Assembly: GCA_045646665.1 (NCBI GenBank)
Contig: JAZRLE010000064.1
Coordinates: forward strand, 14-64,013
Direction: 5' to 3'
DNA: 64,000 nt
DNA from: Faecousia sp.
GTDB taxonomy: Bacteria; Bacillota; Clostridia; Oscillospirales; Oscillospiraceae
Positions within the stretch are counted from its first letter, which is position 1; each line of letters begins with the position of its first letter. The position numbers and the translations under genes were made by a program. The notes beneath the pieces were generated by a model that did not search any database, was not told where the DNA came from, and worked only from the letters and a program-made list of their open reading frames with translations. Below, one piece after another: positions 59,481 to 64,000 of this stretch.

Positions 59481-60317
59481 TCAAATCTTCTCAAACCCTA
59501 CCAACAGTCCACCCTTTTCTGCGTAATAGCTGCATAGTCCAAGATCCTCGTCAATCTTTACTGATACACCAGGAAGATCTGTCTCTATCATATGTTTCAG
59601 TGTGTTAGCAGCAGACTCATTCAAGCAGTGTGCCAAGATGACCTTACCGGTTTTGAGGCCGCTTTCCTTTAAGTGCTTCAGAATCGCACTCAGTGACTTT
59701 GCTTCACCACGGCTCTTGTCGGTAGGCTCTAGGGTGCCCGCATCACTGGCTTTACCCACGATGCGAATACCCAGCACACCGGCGATTTTGGCAACCGCAG
59801 GAGATACTCGCCCGTTAGCCGCAAAATTGTTAAGAGATTCCAGCACAAACAACAAACCGGTCTTCTTCTGGTACTCAGGTATGTAGGCGCAAATCTCTTC
59901 ATAAGACATTCCTTCGCCTACCATTTCTTCCAATTTCTCCACGATAAGCGTCAGCTCTGGGCCTGCAGAAAGAGAGTCGATCACGAAGACTCGTCTGCCG
60001 GGATGCTCCGCTTCGTACATATCCTTGGCGATACAAGCAGCATTATAGCTGCCGGATAGACCGCTGGTGATGGTAACGCAGAAAATATCCTCCGCATCAC
60101 CAAAGGCGGTCAGCCAATCTTCAGGATTGGGGCAAGATGTCTGGGATCTACCCTTATAGGACATAAAGAAACGGATCATTTCGTTAATATCCAGTTCCCG
60201 GTTATCTACAAACTCACGTTCCGCAGTAATGATCTTCATCGGTGCTACATCAAAGGCAACCGTTTTCAATTCCATCAGATTTGCAGAAGAGTCCGCAACG
60301 ATTTTTGTAGTTCTCAT
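59481..60317 (-). CDS. DegV family protein
   Basis: IVADSS, TSCP, ITSGLSGSYN, NGR. Confidence 0.9.
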   Translation of the reverse strand: MRTTKIVADSSANLMELKTVAFDVAPMKIITAEREFVDNRELDINEMIRFFMSYKGRSQTSCPNPEDWLTAFGDAEDIFCVTITSGLSGSYNAACIAKDMYEAEHPGRRVFVIDSLSAGPELTLIVEKLEEMVGEGMSYEEICAYIPEYQKKTGLLFVLESLNNFAANGRVSPAVAKIAGVLGIRIVGKASDAGTLEPTDKSRGEAKSLSAILKHLKESGLKTGKVILAHCLNESAANTLKHMIETDLPGVSVKIDEDLGLCSYYAEKGGLLVGFEKI

Positions 60318-60451
60318 AGGTGATGTACCTGCCTTTCTTTTTCCCCTCAAAGGGTATCACGCAAGCAGGCAGTTATCTACCTACTCTTAGATTTTCAACT
60401 CTCTACCGAGTAGAAACACGCCTCTACCTGCAGTTCATATGTTATCTATAG

Positions 60452-61123
60452 TTATAAAACATATAGGTAAATAGCCAAAAACTGTAATAGGCTACCGATA
60501 ACCACAAAGATATGAAACACAGAATGTATCCAGTGTTTTTTTGCGCCAATCCCATAGAAGATGGCTCCAATGGTGTAGGCTATACCACCGGACAGTAGCC
60601 ACACGAATCCTGGAGCAGTTAAGAGTTCAATGGTCTGCGGAATGAAGAAAATGATGCCCCATCCCATACCAATATAGCAGATCATAGAAAAGACAGTGTA
60701 CTTTTTCAGGTCAACGGCAGTAAGGGTTGCTGCCAGAGCTGCCAGAATCCACTCTGCCGCCATTATCCCCCAGCCAATCATCGGATATGTGGGAACAAAT
60801 GCGGATAAGAGAATCGGCGTGTAAGTGCCTGCTATCAGAAAATAGATGGTACAATGGTCTAAGACCTGCAATACCTTCTTCGCCATCTCAGGGCGCAGGC
60901 CGTGGTATACGCTGGAAATCGTGTAGAGGGTTACAATGGATACTCCGTAGATAGAACAGCCCACTATGTTGAGCACAGAACCGCTCCATACTGCCCGGAT
61001 TACGCACAGCACAAGCACAACAACGCCCAATGCACCACCAACAATATGTGTTACCATATTCATAATTTCCTCTCCGGTAGTATAATCCGGAAGAAGTCTG
61101 TCGCGTAGTTTAATTCGTTTCAT
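60452..61123 (-). CDS. Hemolysin III / PAQR family membrane protein
   Basis: EE..N..TH, SSVYH, DH..IY..IAGTYTP, H..FH.FV. Confidence 0.92.
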   Translation of the reverse strand: MKRIKLRDRLLPDYTTGEEIMNMVTHIVGGALGVVVLVLCVIRAVWSGSVLNIVGCSIYGVSIVTLYTISSVYHGLRPEMAKKVLQVLDHCTIYFLIAGTYTPILLSAFVPTYPMIGWGIMAAEWILAALAATLTAVDLKKYTVFSMICYIGMGWGIIFFIPQTIELLTAPGFVWLLSGGIAYTIGAIFYGIGAKKHWIHSVFHIFVVIGSLLQFLAIYLYVL

Positions 61124-61794
61124 TGAAATCGCTCCTTTTTCGTTTGATCTTATACTATCATCTTCCTATCATAATACCACCTACTCTCTCGAAGGATAAC
61201 TCTACACAACGAAGAACTGATCCCCCTCCCTAGTGTAGAGATCTATTCTACCGGGACGGGGAATAAAAATAACGGCCTTCCGGCCGTCGCAAGACATATT
61301 AAGAAAAGAAATAACCCTCGACTTGTTACCTAATCACAGCAACTGGTCGAGGGTTATTTCATTGTGTATGCAGGTTCCATCATTTACATAACCTCTGCTT
61401 TCTACGGAATAGACGCAACTTCCAATGTTTTGAATTGCTTCCGGATCAATTCCTTTAGTGTAGCTTCTGAGAAATTTATATCATCGGAAATTTGGGGGAA
61501 GTTCGTCTTTCGATCCTGTTTTTCATCAGGATCTAAGGTGTATCAGATCATTGGTATCACCCTTTCTGTACTTTTATGATAGCGGATAATTGTCATTTTT
61601 ACAAGATGGAATGTTCCACAAGATTTTAAGGCAAATAACGCTGTCAGAAGCTCTAAAATAATGCAATAGGTAGAATGTGTTTTCATGCAGCGAATTGTTA
61701 TTGACTTGCCACATATTGGTATGATATGATAGTTGTGTTGGGGCGACTCGAAAGAGCCGCCCTCTCTTTTTATCCTTTTACCATTATCTGCATC

Positions 61795-61838
61795 TTGACT
61801 TTTTCCGTTCTCGTTCTTATAATACGAACAGTTGTTCG
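61795..61838 (+). promoter_or_regulatory. Sigma-A promoter with Gram-positive LexA (SOS) box
   Basis: TTGACT-17-TATAAT (61795-61823) followed by CGAACAGTTGTTCG (61825-61838). Confidence 0.85.
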
Positions 61839-61864
61839 ATATTTACACAAACGGAGGGATCGGT

Positions 61865-63127
61865 ATGGGGCAGCCAATGTATATGGTCGTAGACCAGAAA
61901 TCGTTTTATGCGACAGTAGAATGTGTTGCCCGTGGACTTGACCCAATGACCACCAAGTTGGTGGTTGCCGATCCGGATAGGTCGCAGAACACGATCTGTC
62001 TTGCCGTTACTCCGGCAATGAAAGCCCTGGGTGTAAAGAACCGCTGCAGGATACGGGAGATTCCCGGCAATATTAAGTATATCGTTGCGCCGCCACGGAT
62101 GCAGCTTTATATTGACTGCGCCGCCGAGATACACAGTGTATTCCTCAAACACTTTGCTCCCCAGGACATCTACACCTACTCCATTGACGAGTCGTTCATT
62201 GATGTTACACCGTACCTCAAGATGTACGGTATTCCTGTTAAAGAGCTTGCCAAGCGAGTGATCGACGATATGCGGGAGATTGTAGGTACTGTTTCAACCT
62301 GCGGCATCGGCACTAACCTGTTCCTTGCAAAGGTAGCTCTGGACATTCAGGCAAAGCACGCACCGGACTTAATTGCCGAGCTGAACGAGGAGCAATACCG
62401 TGAGCAATTATGGGACCACAAACCGCTTACAGACTTTTGGGGTATCGGTCCGGCTACCGCGAAACGACTATGGGATCGAGGGATCTCCTCTATGCGCGGG
62501 ATTGCACAGCTTGACATAGACCGGGTGTATGATTGGTTTGGTGTTGACGGTGAGATCCTGTACGACCACGCCTGGGGTCGGGAACCGACGACTATGGCAG
62601 ATATAAAGGCTTATAAGTCAAAGTCTAAAAGCCTGTCCTCTTCCCAGGTACTAATGCGTGACTTCCGTTATGATGAAGCCGAGATTATCGCAAAGGAAAT
62701 GGTGGATCAACTCTGTTTGGATATGGCAGCAAAGGGGCTTGCCACGGAGTCTGTCAGCCTGTATGTTGGATATTCCTATACCTACGGTGTTCCAGGAGCC
62801 GGTGGCACAGCGAAGCTCTCAGCAGAAACCAATGCATCATCTGTTATTATGCCGGCAATTGGTACACTCTACCGGAGAATTGTAAACCCGGCATACGGCA
62901 TTCGCCGGATCTGTTTGTCCTGCAATAATGTGGTGGAAGATCGAGGCACGTTTCAGCTTAGTATGCTGGAGGATGCCAACAAGCAGTTGCGCGAAAAGTC
63001 GCTGCAGGAAACCTTACTGGGCATCCGGGCAAAGTATGGAAAGAACGCAATTTTGAGAGGAATCAGCTACACACCTGCGTCCACCGCAAGGGAACGCAAC
63101 GCGCAAATTGGAGGGCATAAGAAATAA
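61865..63127 (+). CDS. Y-family DNA polymerase (UmuC/DinB-like)
   Basis: VD.KSFYATVE, PPRMQLY, YSIDESFID, GIG.NLFLAK; GGAGG RBS. Confidence 0.92.
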   Translation: MGQPMYMVVDQKSFYATVECVARGLDPMTTKLVVADPDRSQNTICLAVTPAMKALGVKNRCRIREIPGNIKYIVAPPRMQLYIDCAAEIHSVFLKHFAPQDIYTYSIDESFIDVTPYLKMYGIPVKELAKRVIDDMREIVGTVSTCGIGTNLFLAKVALDIQAKHAPDLIAELNEEQYREQLWDHKPLTDFWGIGPATAKRLWDRGISSMRGIAQLDIDRVYDWFGVDGEILYDHAWGREPTTMADIKAYKSKSKSLSSSQVLMRDFRYDEAEIIAKEMVDQLCLDMAAKGLATESVSLYVGYSYTYGVPGAGGTAKLSAETNASSVIMPAIGTLYRRIVNPAYGIRRICLSCNNVVEDRGTFQLSMLEDANKQLREKSLQETLLGIRAKYGKNAILRGISYTPASTARERNAQIGGHKK

Positions 63128-63310
63128 AAACCTTTTAATTCCTCATGGAATCTCTCCTTTCCTAAACCCAAACACCTTCCTATTTCCTCTTGATAATCTA
63201 GGAAATCTTGTTATTAAGGTTTGGATTTCGTTTTCTCTGATATAACATGACTGAGTAAAAAGTCAGTAAAGCAAAGTTGAGGTGTCTCAGCTTCACTTTC
63301 CCGAATCGCA

Positions 63311-63934
63311 TTAACGGTCTTTGATTAAAAGAAGACGCCCTTCATTCACTCTTACACTTGCTGTGTCTCCAGGAAAAACCTCATTGCTAACACCATACTG
63401 ATATTCGCAAGAAATTTCACCATCAACTAACGGATACTTCGCTCCGGTAATGGTGATGCCTTTTGCACATCCAGAAATGTTCAGAAGCGAGAAAAACGAA
63501 TAATCATCACAGATGGAAACTGGCTCGCTAGATACAATCTCCATTTCGGAATAATCGTCTATGATGCAGCCTTTCTTTCCAAGGGAGTCCAAGTACAGCA
63601 AGATGGACACATTGCCCAGTGTGTGGTCAAGTCTTGCCCCAACGACGCCGATCAACAGGAAATCATTGAAGCCTCTTTTGATGGCTTCTTTGACTGCAAA
63701 CACCGTGTCGGTATCATCCTTCTCGCAAGGTAGAATGATAGTTTCTACATCAAGGTGCGGGTTTTCGTGGGAATCGAAGTCTCCGACAATCAAACTTGGT
63801 TGTACCTGCAAATTCTCCATGTGTTTCAAACCGCTATCGCAGAAAATCACAAAGTCGTCAACACATAACCTTTCACGGATGAAGTCATAATTGTTGATAT
63901 CAGCACCGCCTACAATTACACAACGCTCTATCAT
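63311..63934 (-). CDS. thiN: Thiamine pyrophosphokinase
   Basis: DSG, GDFDS, EKDDTD, RLDH..GN, GVSN. Confidence 0.92.
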   Translation of the reverse strand: MIERCVIVGGADINNYDFIRERLCVDDFVIFCDSGLKHMENLQVQPSLIVGDFDSHENPHLDVETIILPCEKDDTDTVFAVKEAIKRGFNDFLLIGVVGARLDHTLGNVSILLYLDSLGKKGCIIDDYSEMEIVSSEPVSICDDYSFFSLLNISGCAKGITITGAKYPLVDGEISCEYQYGVSNEVFPGDTASVRVNEGRLLLIKDR

Positions 63935-64000
63935 TTGCTCACCGCCCATTGGCCTTGCAGATCGAATGCGTGATTCATCGGCCCGGAGCCTTTTCCCAGA
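63931..64000 (-). CDS. thiD: Probable ThiD (HMP/HMP-P kinase) C-terminus, partial
   Basis: Reads LGKGSGPMNHAFDLQGQWAVSK*; G.G.GP.NH is typical of the ThiD C-terminus; stop overlaps thiN start. Confidence 0.6.
   Translation of the reverse strand, partial: LGKGSGPMNHAFDLQGQWAVSK

Noticed and set aside
60370-61260. Shared CTAC-rich motifs (ACCTACTCT, TCTAC) upstream of degV and the hemolysin III gene
   Set aside because: Short and irregularly spaced; could be a shared operator but cannot be told from chance here.
61390-61570. Possible small minus-strand pseudogene (RBS-ATG-ATC-TGA then about 46 open codons)
   Set aside because: No recognisable homology; too weak to call.
59414-64000. Right boundary (att) of the element
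   Set aside because: No repeat of the 21970-22210 sequence found by eye; degV to thiD could be cargo or chromosome.

Overview
Firmicute chromosome segment (Clostridia-type gene content, probably Oscillospiraceae/Ruminococcaceae-like). Bases 1-22 kb are housekeeping: aroC end, pheA, aroE-aroK fusion, aroQ; T-box-cysS-polA-rimI-tsaD; truA, copA, degV, thrE; queA-tgt-yajC. A large integrative element starts just upstream of queA and runs to at least 59.4 kb (right end not found). It carries a Tn916-type int/xis/orf8/orf7/XRE module, a ParM/ParR pair, three long minus-strand operons (recombination/primase; ssb-MoxR AAA-vWA; ART-HD plus hypotheticals) and a low-GC cargo block. Two non-coding systems stand out. 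(1) An RT-less group IIB (class B-like) intron at 39564-40922 splits the vWA gene in frame and carries a divergent two-gene regulatory cassette inside ribozyme domain I rather than domain IV. (2) Three identical 44-nt leaders each begin at the predicted +1 of a sigma-A promoter and run directly into a different intrinsic terminator, one ahead of each operon, suggesting a coordinated attenuation/antitermination system. The window ends with degV, hemolysin III, a LexA-boxed Y-family polymerase, thiN and the end of thiD. All calls come from reading the sequence and motifs; no database searches were run.
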